The translations under genes were made by a program, and so were the position numbers. From assembly GCA_965277715.1 (NCBI GenBank), contig OZ255836.1, positions 160,001 to 224,000 on the forward strand: a stretch of 64,000 nucleotides of DNA. Reading direction: 5' to 3'. This document shows positions 38,719-48,555 of this stretch, piece after piece (positions within the stretch are counted from its first letter, which is position 1; each line of letters begins with the position of its first letter). Under the pieces are notes generated by a model. The model did not search any database. It was not told the origin of the DNA and was given only the letters and a program-made list of their open reading frames with translations. The stretch is from Gammaproteobacteria bacterium (GTDB lineage Bacteria; Pseudomonadota; Gammaproteobacteria; JBCCGL01).

Positions 38719-40395
38719 ATGACAGAAAAAATGCAAACTGGTGGGCAGCTCCTGGTCGAATGCCTGAAACAACTGGGCGCTAAAAAATGCTTCGGCGTAC
38801 CGGGTGAGAGTTATCTGGATGTGCTTAATGCGCTATACGATACCCAGGGCGAGCTCGATTTTATTCTCTGCCGTAACGAGGGGGGCGCCGCCTTTATGGC
38901 GGAGGCTTTTGGCAAACTTACAGGCACACCGGGTATTTGTCTGGTAACCCGTGGGCCAGGGGCTACCAATGCCTCAATCGGGGTGCACACGGCCATGCAG
39001 GGTTCAACGCCCATGATCCTGTTTGTCGGTCAGGTGGGCACGGGTATGCAAGGCCGCGAGGCGTTCCAGGAGATAGACTATCGCGCCTTTTACGGCGGTG
39101 TGGCGAAATGGGTGGTTGAGATCGATCGGGTTGACCGCATTCCCGAACTGCTCAGCCGCGCCTGGTCGACGGCATTGTCCGGTCGGCCCGGCCCCGTGAT
39201 AGTGGCTCTGCCAGAAGATATGCTGACCTCGACGAGCGCTATCGCCCCTTGTCGGCCTCTACGTATTGCAGAACCCTCACCCTCCAGTACCGAGGTGAGT
39301 GAAATAGTGGGCTTGCTGGCAACGGCCAAACGGCCTCTGGTGCTGGCTGGCGGTGGTCGATGGGACACCAAAGGGCGTGAGGCCTTGCAGTATTTTATCG
39401 AGGCGAATGACCTGCCACTGGCCGCCGCATTCCGGTTTCAGGATGTGTGTAATAACCACAGCCCGTGTTATGTAGGGGATGCCGGTGTGGGCATGATCCC
39501 CTCGGTTAAAGCCCTGATCCGCGATGCCGATGTGATTCTCGCCCTGGGCATTCGTTTTGGTGAAATGAGCACGGATGCCTATACCCTGCTCGATGTGCCC
39601 CACCCCTCGGCGAAACTGATTCATATTCACGCCTCTGATCGTGAGCTGGGTAAAGTGTACGCCGCTGATTTGCCTGTGCACGCCGGGCCTAACCAGGTGG
39701 CGCTGGCGTTGCGGCAGCTTGTGCTGCCGGTTAGCTGGTCGGCATGGCGGTCGCGGGCGCGTGATGCTTACCTCAGCAGTTTTCGCGATGCGCCGGTACA
39801 GCCTGGCCCGGTCGATATGGTGGCGGTGATGGCCTGGTTGCGTGAACGGCTGGGTGATGATGTGATTGTCACTAATGGCGCGGGTAACTTTGCTGTCTGG
39901 CCTAATAAATTCTTTCAATTCGGCCCTGGCCAGCGTTTATTGGCACCCCAGAGTGGAGCGATGGGCTACGGCGTGCCAGCGGCTGTCGCCGCCAAGCTGG
40001 CAGAACCTGAACATACCGTTATCTGTTTTGCCGGCGATGGGGATTTTCAGATGAACTGCCAGGAGCTGGGCACCGCGCTGCAAGCGGGCTGTCAGCCGAT
40101 TATTCTGATTTTGAATAATGGCAGTTATGGGACAATTCGCATGCACCAGGAGCGCCACTACCCGGCGCGGGTATCGGGCACTGATCTGGTCAATCCCGAT
40201 TTTGTCGCGCTGGCCCAGGCCTATGGTTTTTATGCGGAGAGGGTGGCATCAACGGCAGATTTTGCCGGGGCATTTGCGCGTGCCCAGGCATCAGAATCAG
40301 GGGCTGTGCTCGATTTGGCGATAGCGACTGAGGCGTTGACACCCCGCCAAACGCTTAGCCAGATTCGTGCGGCGGCTATGGGCGGAAAGTTATAA
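38719..40395 (+). CDS. Thiamine diphosphate-dependent enzyme (acetolactate synthase-like)
   Basis: FGVPGESY, RNEGGA, GDGDF...NN. Confidence 0.9.
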   Translation: MTEKMQTGGQLLVECLKQLGAKKCFGVPGESYLDVLNALYDTQGELDFILCRNEGGAAFMAEAFGKLTGTPGICLVTRGPGATNASIGVHTAMQGSTPMILFVGQVGTGMQGREAFQEIDYRAFYGGVAKWVVEIDRVDRIPELLSRAWSTALSGRPGPVIVALPEDMLTSTSAIAPCRPLRIAEPSPSSTEVSEIVGLLATAKRPLVLAGGGRWDTKGREALQYFIEANDLPLAAAFRFQDVCNNHSPCYVGDAGVGMIPSVKALIRDADVILALGIRFGEMSTDAYTLLDVPHPSAKLIHIHASDRELGKVYAADLPVHAGPNQVALALRQLVLPVSWSAWRSRARDAYLSSFRDAPVQPGPVDMVAVMAWLRERLGDDVIVTNGAGNFAVWPNKFFQFGPGQRLLAPQSGAMGYGVPAAVAAKLAEPEHTVICFAGDGDFQMNCQELGTALQAGCQPIILILNNGSYGTIRMHQERHYPARVSGTDLVNPDFVALAQAYGFYAERVASTADFAGAFARAQASESGAVLDLAIATEALTPRQTLSQIRAAAMGGKL

Positions 40396-40580
40396 TGTGT
40401 GGGGTTTTTTTGCTTTGAAGCTACGTTTCACCAAGTTGATAGCGAATTCAATAACCAGACATCCTTTATCACGGCGATATTTTGTTGCTGGCTTTAGAAT
40501 ATACACAGTGATGCTTTAGTCTTCAGACAAAATATCTTCTGGATTAAATCAAGCGTTTTTGGGTGTGTTTGTTAATCCTG

Positions 40581-40734
40581 TTTAAAAATGCGCAAGGTGT
40601 GGCTTTATCACCTGCAACATCGCATGAAAAATTTTGGGGTTAGCCGCCACTACCTGCTTACCGTGTAACCAGTCTTCACCGCCACTGAAATCGCCAACCA
40701 GGCCACCCGCTTCACGGATGATTAAACTCCCGGC
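40581..40734 (-). repeat. Duplicated 3' end of suhB (154 bp), probable island boundary
   Basis: 145/154 identity to 47708-47861, including the stop codon. Confidence 0.92.
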
Positions 40735-41707
40735 AGGAGCCATTGTCACCAGCCACGCCAATTGAGTGAAGAAGAACGTTCTGTGGTATTGAATACGCTC
40801 AATAATTGGGAATTCTATGATCAACCACCAGCACAGGTCTACCACACCCTGCTCAGTCGCTGTATTTATCTCTGCTCCATCAGCACCCTGCACCGACTGC
40901 TGCGCCAGTCCGATCAGTCAGGGGAACGCCGAAGACAGCGCCCTGGGCAAGCCAACGCGGTGCCAAGGCTTTCAGCCAGCCAACCTAATGAGGTCTGGAC
41001 GTGGGACATTACAAAACTCGCCACCGTTGAGTGCGGTGTTTACTTATCGCTTTATGTAGTGATGGATTGATTCAGTCGCTATATTGTGGCTTGGATGCTT
41101 TCTCATAAAGAAAACAGCGCACTGGCACAGCCGCTCATTCAAGAGGCCAATACACGTTACGCGATTAGACCCGGCCAGTTGACGCGGCATCAAGATCGCG
41201 GGACTCCGATGACAGCACATTGCTACCTGGACTTATTGGTCGAGTTGGCAGTCACTGCAAGCCACAGCAGACCCCGCGTGAGTAATGATAACCCTCACAG
41301 TGAAAGCCAATTCTGAACACTGAAGTATCAGCCTGACTACCTGCGTCGCTTTGACCATTATCGCCATGCTAACAGGTGGTGCACTGAGTATGTCGATTGG
41401 TACAACCATCAGCACTGCCACAGTGCCTTAGAGGGCTTCACGCCTTGTCAGGTATTGACTGCACAGCACCTGTCTCTCGGTCAAGTTTGTCAACAGGCGC
41501 TGGATAAAAAGTATGCCCAACATCCAGAGCGATTCGTACATCAGCGGCCTCTTGTCAGGATGCCGCCTGCGAAGATCTACATTAACCCCGTACACGATGA
41601 ACTGGGGAATATAGAACACGATGCGCACGTCAACTTTCCAACTCTAAATCGAGCTAAATCTATGCTAACTTGAATAACTATGGCTTGAAACAGGTTGACA
41701 CCTTCCG
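40735..41707 (+). mobile_element. IS3-family orfB remnant with stops, right end only
   Basis: WTWDITKL, HQDRG, SRPRVSNDNPHSESQF*; ends ...TTGACA-CCTTCCG. Confidence 0.85.
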
Positions 41708-41780
41708 TATACTTTTCCTGCCTTAAAATATTTTAATTAAGGAAAAACTCATGTTTGTGACTAATTGGGGATAAGACACC

Positions 41781-44700
41781 ATGCTATGCAGGTATACCAA
41801 CAAAGGGTTGTTGCTGATTGTATTTTCATTGCTGATAACGGCGTGTGGTGGCGAAAACGCCTCAACACTACCGCTACCACCACCTGCTGGCGATTCAACT
41901 AGCGGCTCCCAGGTCATCCTTGGCCCTATTGTCGGGGCAACAGTCAGTGCAGCGCTGGCCAGTAATACCGCCAACACTATCGAAACCACCACCACTACCG
42001 GAAGTGCCACCAACTTGAATAGTGCAGGCCGCTTTTCTCTACAGTTGACCGGTGTCACTGATGGTGTCTGGGTGCTGGTCAGTGTGACGGGGGGTAATGA
42101 CATCGATGCTGACGATAATGGCGTGCTGGATGCCACCCCCACCGCCAACCAAGGCACAATAAGGGCACTGGGCAAAGCGGCGGACTGGCGCTCTGGCAAC
42201 GCCAATATCACCGTTCTTTCAGAAATACTGGTCAACCGTCTGCTCAATGGCGGGATTGATCTCAATACCCTCACCGATAGCCAGGTCGAAAGTGGGTTGA
42301 ATGCCACCAGTGTGCAATTACTACAAACCAATGCCGATGTTAACGGTGACAATATCAGCAACTATCAGGACATCCTCGGCTTTACTCCGCAAAATCAAAA
42401 CTACCCGGCTAGCGTGGCATTGGCTGATCTCAACACTATTGCTGTCATGCTGGAAAGCGGTAACGCTGCACAAACAGATAATCTAATCACGGCGTTGCTT
42501 AATCAGCCACCGGTGGCCAATGCGGGCAGTGACCAGGTTGTTGCTGAAGGTAGCACGGTGAGCCTCAACGCCACCGGCACGGATACGGATGGCACTATCG
42601 ACCGTTATGCCTGGGTGCAAAACGCGGGCACCACTGTTACCTTAACAGGGGCTGCCACAGCGGCAGCCACCTTCGTCGCGCCCCTATTGCCCGCCAATAC
42701 TGCCACCGAGACCTTGAGTTTTACCCTGACAGTTACCGATAACCTCGGCGCCAGCGCCACAGATACAGTGGTCGTCACCCTCCAGGACAGCAATAACAAT
42801 GCACCTGTAATAACCAGCGCCAACAGCGCCAGCGTCAGTGAAAATACCACTGCTGTACTCACCCTCACCGCCAGTGACGCGGATACGACGGGTGAAACCA
42901 CCACTTACGCGCTCAGTGGCGATAACGCCAGCTTATTTACCCTTAACGGTTCGGCGTTGGCCTTCCAGAATATGCCGGATTTTGAGGTGCGTCCCTGTGG
43001 TGTCGATAACATCTGTAACCTAATAATAACCCCCAGCGATGGTACCAATACCGGGCCTGGACAGACATTTGCCGTCACCCTGGTGGATGTCAACGACAGT
43101 GCCCCGATCATTACCAGTGGCAGTACCGTTAGCGTTTTGGAAAATACCACGGTGGTACTCACCCTCACCGCCAGTGACGCGGATACGACGGGTGAAACCA
43201 CCACTTACGCGCTCAGTGGCGATAACGCCAGCTTATTTACCCTTAACGGTTCGGCGTTGGCCTTCCAGAATATGCCAGATTTTGAGGTGCGTCCCTGTGG
43301 TGTCGATAACATCTGTAACCTAATAATAACCCCCAGCGATGGTATCAATACCGGGCCTGGACAGACATTTGCCGTCACCCTGGTGGATGTCAACGACAGT
43401 GCGCCGGTAATGACCAGCGCCAGTACGGTCAGTGTCGACGAAAACACCACGGTGGTACTCACCCTCACCGCCAGTGATGCCGACAGCACCGGCGAGGCGA
43501 TAGACTTCACGCTTGGTGGTAGTGATGCATCGAGTTTTCGTCTTGTGGGTTCAGCGTTGAGTTTTAGCAGCGCGCCCGACTTTGAAACCCCGGTATGCGG
43601 TGATAATGTCTGTACGATTACCCTCACGCCCAGCGATGGGCTTAATACCGGCAGTGGGCAAACTGTAACGGTTAGTGTCCAGGATCTGAACGACACTGCG
43701 CCGGTAATGAGCAGCGCCAGTACGGTCAGTGTCGACGAAAACACCACGGTGGTACTCACCCTCACCGCCAGCGATGCCGACAGCACCGGCGAGACGATAA
43801 GCTTCACGCTTGGTGGTAGTGATGCATCGAGTTTTCGTCTTGTGGGTTCAGTGTTGAGTTTTAGCAGCGCGCCCGACTTTGAAACCCCGGTATGCGGTGA
43901 TAATGTCTGTACGATTACCCTCACGCCCAGCGATGGGCTTAATACCGGCAGTGGGCAAACTGTAACGGTTAGCGTCCAGGATCTGAACGACACTGCGCCG
44001 GTAATGACCAGCGCCAGTACGGTCAGTGTCGACGAAAACATCACGGTGGTACTCACCCTCACCGCCAGTGACGCGGATACGACAGGTGAAACCACCACTT
44101 ACGCGCTCAGTGGCGATAACGCCAGCTTATTTACCCTTAACGGTTCGGCGTTGGCCTTCCAGAATATGCCGGATTTTGAGGTGCGTCCCTGTGGTGTCGA
44201 TAACATCTGTAACCTAATAATAACCCCTAGCGATGGTATCAATACCGGGCTTGGACAGACATTTGCCGTCACCCTGGTGGATGTCAACGACAGTGCGCCG
44301 GTAATGAGCAGCGCCAGTACGGTCAGTGTCGACGAAAACACCACGGTGGTACTCACCCTCACCGCCAGTGATGCCGACAGCACCGGCGAGGCGATAGACT
44401 TCACGCTTGGTGGTAGTGATGCATCGAGTTTTCGTCTTGTGGATTCAGCGTTGAGTTTTAGCAGCGCGCCCGACTTTGAAACCCCGGTATGCGGTAATAA
44501 TATCTGTACTATCACCATTACCCCCAGTGACGGCGTCAATATTGGCAGCGCACAAACGATCACAGTAACCGTTAACGACCTCGCCGCCATCACTCTGGCG
44601 AATAGCAATATCAACGAGGGAAACAGCGGTACGACAGTAGTCAATGTCAACGTTAGCCTCGCGTCGATAGCTACCGCCAGTGTCAGTTTCAGTGTGAGCG

Positions 44701-45620
44701 ACGGCACAGCGACTACAGCAGATAATGACTACAGCGTAGCCAACAGCACCGGCACCCTTAACTTTACCGGTGGCTCGACAACCGCAGTGGTAGCTATCAC
44801 CATCAATGGCGACACACAAGTAGAGAGCGATGAAACCCTCAGCATTGTACTAAGTAACCCCATCAACGCCGAACTACAGGGCATTAGCACAGCAATATTG
44901 ACGATCAACAACGATGATTCAGCAGCCCCAACGCTTAACGACACCGGCGTTGTGTTTGGTGCAGACACCAACCTGAACAACAGTGGTTGCACCAGCGCCG
45001 ATACGGTTATCGCCCAGCAGGATTGTTCGCGGGGCCGGGATGTCACCAATAACGACGCCAGCGATGGCCACGCGGGGTTTAGTTTCACCAAAATCAGCAG
45101 CACAGGTCAACCCCTGGCGGCTAGTGCTAGCGCTTGGGCCTGTACACAGGACAATATCACCGGTCTGATGTGGGAGGTAAAAACCAATGATAACGGCCTA
45201 CACGATAGGGGTGATATGTACACTTGGTATAGCACCGACAGTAGCAATAATGGTGGCAATGCGGGTACCGAAAATACTACAACCAGCTGCTTTGGCTACA
45301 ATAATGCCGATGCAGCGACCTTTTGCAACACCCAGGCGTATGTGGCACGCATTAACGCGGCGGGCCTATGCGGTTTTACTGATTGGATCTTGCCGGGCCG
45401 TGAACAACTGCGCTCGATAGCCAATCGCAATAGTTTTAATCCGGCTATCGATACCGCTTATTTTCCAAATACCCGATCCGATAATTTTTATTGGTCGTCG
45501 TCGCCCCTCGCCAACAACAATGCCAACGCGTGGGACTTCTTCTTCTTCGACGGCAGCGATAGCAACTTCTTCAGCAAGAGTAGCAACCATTTTGTTCGTG
45601 TTGTTCGCGCCAGTCAGTAG
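41781..45620 (+). CDS. Large surface lipoprotein/adhesin: PKD-like domain, six cadherin-like repeats, Calx-beta, C-terminal DUF1566 (Lcl); DGR target
   Basis: LITAC lipobox; DVND.AP/PDFE repeats; DNITGLMWE...LP..EQL.S...YWSSS Lcl motifs. Confidence 0.88.
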   Translation: MLCRYTNKGLLLIVFSLLITACGGENASTLPLPPPAGDSTSGSQVILGPIVGATVSAALASNTANTIETTTTTGSATNLNSAGRFSLQLTGVTDGVWVLVSVTGGNDIDADDNGVLDATPTANQGTIRALGKAADWRSGNANITVLSEILVNRLLNGGIDLNTLTDSQVESGLNATSVQLLQTNADVNGDNISNYQDILGFTPQNQNYPASVALADLNTIAVMLESGNAAQTDNLITALLNQPPVANAGSDQVVAEGSTVSLNATGTDTDGTIDRYAWVQNAGTTVTLTGAATAAATFVAPLLPANTATETLSFTLTVTDNLGASATDTVVVTLQDSNNNAPVITSANSASVSENTTAVLTLTASDADTTGETTTYALSGDNASLFTLNGSALAFQNMPDFEVRPCGVDNICNLIITPSDGTNTGPGQTFAVTLVDVNDSAPIITSGSTVSVLENTTVVLTLTASDADTTGETTTYALSGDNASLFTLNGSALAFQNMPDFEVRPCGVDNICNLIITPSDGINTGPGQTFAVTLVDVNDSAPVMTSASTVSVDENTTVVLTLTASDADSTGEAIDFTLGGSDASSFRLVGSALSFSSAPDFETPVCGDNVCTITLTPSDGLNTGSGQTVTVSVQDLNDTAPVMSSASTVSVDENTTVVLTLTASDADSTGETISFTLGGSDASSFRLVGSVLSFSSAPDFETPVCGDNVCTITLTPSDGLNTGSGQTVTVSVQDLNDTAPVMTSASTVSVDENITVVLTLTASDADTTGETTTYALSGDNASLFTLNGSALAFQNMPDFEVRPCGVDNICNLIITPSDGINTGLGQTFAVTLVDVNDSAPVMSSASTVSVDENTTVVLTLTASDADSTGEAIDFTLGGSDASSFRLVDSALSFSSAPDFETPVCGNNICTITITPSDGVNIGSAQTITVTVNDLAAITLANSNINEGNSGTTVVNVNVSLASIATASVSFSVSDGTATTADNDYSVANSTGTLNFTGGSTTAVVAITINGDTQVESDETLSIVLSNPINAELQGISTAILTINNDDSAAPTLNDTGVVFGADTNLNNSGCTSADTVIAQQDCSRGRDVTNNDASDGHAGFSFTKISSTGQPLAASASAWACTQDNITGLMWEVKTNDNGLHDRGDMYTWYSTDSSNNGGNAGTENTTTSCFGYNNADAATFCNTQAYVARINAAGLCGFTDWILPGREQLRSIANRNSFNPAIDTAYFPNTRSDNFYWSSSPLANNNANAWDFFFFDGSDSNFFSKSSNHFVRVVRASQ

Positions 45621-45633
45621 CCTTGGTTTTTGG
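45489..45633 (+). repeat. DGR variable region 1 plus IMH-like tail
   Basis: Shares framework with 46579-46724; differences are at codon positions 1-2. Confidence 0.85.
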
Positions 45634-45651
45634 TGAGGTGAGGGTGCCGAA

Positions 45652-46127
45652 ATGAATCCGTTTATGCCGACGATTGTCCGAGATGTCGAGCGCCTTAGCT
45701 ATTGGGGGCATTACAGTCATGCTAATAGTTTTCGCCTACGTCAGCAACTGATGCAGCAATTTCCCTGGTTACCCGTTTTATTTTCAAGCCATCAGGGAAA
45801 GCTGATACGCAAGTATTACCCACCCAAACAACTTCATTGGTGTGAAGGCAGGGCTAATCTTGTCAGTCAGTTGCAGTATTTTCGCCACTTTTACCCACAG
45901 GTGTTGTTGTGTTAGTACAGTTGGGCTATCAGATGTTGCTGGTAACGCCTGATATGGCGATCGGTGATATCTTGCAAAAAGCCCCGCGTTATCAATGGAA
46001 CAAAGCCATAAAACCCACGCAATCGGCAGTATGGGTTAGTGAACAAGGCTATCTTCAAAACGGTGGTCGCCACCGTATCGCCACCCATTTTACCAACTAT
46101 ATTTCCCCCCTCAATAGTTATGACTAA
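45652..46127 (+). pseudogene. DGR core remnant: 15 Avd-like N-terminal residues fused to an RT C-terminus, then frameshifted
   Basis: MNPFMPTIVRDVERL / SYWGHYSHANSFRLRQQL (RT thumb-like); tail LVQLG...VSEQGYLQNGGRHR; no YxDD motif. Confidence 0.65.
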
Positions 46128-46146
46128 CCACCTGGAGGCAGTGACC

Positions 46147-46710
46147 ATGCCCGGATTAGAACACCCCAAAGTAACGCAATTACGTTACGCGCTAGTATTA
46201 CTGCTCTGCTGTGTGGCAAGCGGTATCGCTAGCGCAACGTGCAATAGCAATATCGTGCGTACAGCGCCAGACAACCGCTACCAGATTCAAGCAGGGGGCG
46301 CAGAGGTGCTGGATACACAAACCAATTTGATCTGGCAACGCTGTAGTCTAGGGCAAACCTTTAATAATCTAGGCACCGCAGAGACCAGCGATGATCGCTG
46401 TGATAACAGCGCCACAGCTTACACCTGGCAGGGGGCGTTACAGGCAGCGCAGGGTATTGCGACTAATAGTGGTCAGGCGTGGTTTTTGCCGAATATCAAC
46501 GAGCTGGCCAGTCTTGTCGAGCTGGCGTGTAGCCCGGTTATCAATGAAACCGTTTTTCCTGACACACCATCGTCTACTTATTGGTCGTCGTCGCCCGTCG
46601 CCTCCAACAATATCGCCGCGTGGATCCTCGACTTCAGCAGCGGCGGCGATGACTTCAGCAGCAAGAATGACAACAGCCGTTTTGTTCGTGTTGTTCGCGC
46701 CAGCCAGTAG
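46147..46710 (+). CDS. Secreted DUF1566 (Lcl) protein; second DGR target
   Basis: SD GGAGG; signal peptide; DTQTNLIWQRC, WFLPNINELASL, YWSSS. Confidence 0.9.
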   Translation: MPGLEHPKVTQLRYALVLLLCCVASGIASATCNSNIVRTAPDNRYQIQAGGAEVLDTQTNLIWQRCSLGQTFNNLGTAETSDDRCDNSATAYTWQGALQAAQGIATNSGQAWFLPNINELASLVELACSPVINETVFPDTPSSTYWSSSPVASNNIAAWILDFSSGGDDFSSKNDNSRFVRVVRASQ

Positions 46711-46724
46711 CCTTGGTTTTTTGG
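46579..46724 (+). repeat. DGR variable region 2 plus IMH-like tail
   Basis: Same framework as variable region 1. Confidence 0.85.
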
Positions 46725-46812
46725 AAGGGGAGTGTAAAAGGTGGAGGGTTGAACAATTTGGATACACCCATAAGCCCACTTTCTAGCCCCCATGTATTTA
46801 CTTGTATGCAAG

Positions 46813-46998
46813 CTAATACAAGGTAGGCGGTGCTCCATTGTATATATGGAGTATTTCGACAATGCCATGTGGCTCGTCGATATGGTAGTACACATGATAA
46901 CGCCGGTATACCAGCATACGTATGTGCGGATACTGTGCGTATCGTGCCACGTTCGCATGAGGAAAAAGCGGTAGCGTATCTTCAATAAAACAGACACC
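46813..46998 (-). pseudogene. RelE/ParE-family toxin C-terminal fragment
   Basis: Manual translation FIEDTLPLFPH...IRMLVYRRYHVYYHIDEPHGIVEILHIYNGA; no start codon. Confidence 0.5.
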
Positions 46999-47177
46999 CT
47001 AGCATGAGAAGAGTTTTCGCCAATTGTGCGTGATGTGATTCTCTTTGACAGAATAGTTTGCAAAAAACGGGCGCAAAAAAGAGGCAAATCGGCTTTTCTG
47101 TAGTAGAGCAGTCTTGAACCCGACAGGCTCCTCGCCCTGATATCGCGCTTTTGTCAAATTCACGTTACAGTACCTAG

Positions 47178-47423
47178 ATGGCTACTATGATTTCTGAAGT
47201 TTATGAGGCGTTCCGTGTCGTAGGCGTACCGGAAGATAAGGCCCGTGAGGCGGCAGAGGCTCTTTCTGCTGAGAGTTTGGCGACTAAAGGGGATATTCAA
47301 TCGCTTAAAGAACAAACGAAACCTGACATTGCCCGATTGGAGACTAAAATTACCCTGTTGCAATGGATGGTCGGTCTGGTGATTGTGGTTGAAATATTGC
47401 CTTTGCTGAAGACGCTGTTTTAG
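47178..47423 (+). CDS. Small coiled-coil membrane-anchored protein (CCDC90/DUF1640-like)
   Basis: GVPEDKAREAAEA...LATKGDI...LLQWMVG plus TM helix. Confidence 0.7.
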   Translation: MATMISEVYEAFRVVGVPEDKAREAAEALSAESLATKGDIQSLKEQTKPDIARLETKITLLQWMVGLVIVVEILPLLKTLF

Positions 47424-47708
47424 GTTCTTATTAACCATTGAAATAGACGCAACTTCAAGAGCCTCAACCGCCTTATTCGTTTTTTTGCGCTAATCAGTAG
47501 CCTTGGTTTTTTTGGGGAGGGGTGTGAAGGGTTGGCGTGATATTTGTGGTGCACAAATCCAGTTCAGTTTGTTTTGTTCGACCGGACTTCCTAAGCCAAT
47601 TCAAAATTTCTACTAGCTTATGAATGCCCCATTTCCCTTTTTCTCCTGGGCAGGAAATAGTATTAATTATGAGATGAGGCCATGGAAATATTCATATATT
47701 GATCATAT

Positions 47709-48497
47709 TTAAAAATGCGCAAGGTGTGGTTTTATCACCTGCAACATAGCATGGAAAATTTTGGGGTTGGCCGCCACTATCTGCTTACCGTGTAACCAAT
47801 CTTCACCGCCACTGAAATCGCCAATTAAGCCACCCGCTTCACGGATGATTAAACTCCCGGCGGCAATGTCCCAGGGGTTTAACCCGGTTTCCCAAAAGCC
47901 GTCGAGCCTGCCAGAGGCAACATAAGCCAGATCAAGCGCCGCCGCACCCGGTCGCCGGATACCGGTGGTGTGCTGGATAAAATCACGTAACAATGCCATG
48001 TAATGGTCGGTATTTTGTGTTTCAAGGTAGGGAAAACCCGTGCCAAGCAGGCTGTTTTCCAGTGTGCGGTGGTTGGATACGCGCAGGCGTTTGTTATCCA
48101 GCCAGGCGCCGCGCCCGCGTGAAGCGGTGAATAGTTCCTGGCTGACTGGATCATAGATAACTGCCTGTTCGAGCTTGCCGGATTTTTGCAATGCAATGGA
48201 TACGGCAAATTGTGGGAATCCGTGCAGGTAGTTGGTCGTGCCATCCAGTGGGTCGATAATCCACACGTAATCACTGTTACCCGATGCACCGGATTCCTCT
48301 GCCAAAACCGCGTGGTCGGGGTAGGACTGGTGTAGCGTCTGGATGATTTTTTCCTCGGCCTGCCGGTCGACATTCGAGACAAAATCATTGTGTTGTTTTT
48401 TTTCTATCGTCAGTGTATCGATGCGTTCGAATTGACGCATAATAACGTTGCCAGCGGCGCGGGCAGCGCGGATGGCAATATTCAACATAGGATGCAT
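47709..48497 (-). CDS. suhB: Inositol monophosphatase SuhB
   Basis: MHPMLNIAIRAARAAG, WIIDPLDGTTN, PWDIAAG; divergent from trmJ. Confidence 0.96.
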   Translation of the reverse strand: MHPMLNIAIRAARAAGNVIMRQFERIDTLTIEKKQHNDFVSNVDRQAEEKIIQTLHQSYPDHAVLAEESGASGNSDYVWIIDPLDGTTNYLHGFPQFAVSIALQKSGKLEQAVIYDPVSQELFTASRGRGAWLDNKRLRVSNHRTLENSLLGTGFPYLETQNTDHYMALLRDFIQHTTGIRRPGAAALDLAYVASGRLDGFWETGLNPWDIAAGSLIIREAGGLIGDFSGGEDWLHGKQIVAANPKIFHAMLQVIKPHLAHF

Positions 48498-48555
48498 GTC
48501 GCAGACAACAGGTGATTTGGAAGGGGCGGCATGATAGCAGAATTTGAGGTGATCA

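Noticed and set aside
40582-40893. 103-aa minus-strand ORF as a new gene
   Set aside because: Chimera of antisense IS3 sequence and the duplicated suhB tail
42605-45103. Long minus-strand ORFs over the adhesin
   Set aside because: Antisense shadows of a repetitive Thr/Ser/Val-rich gene
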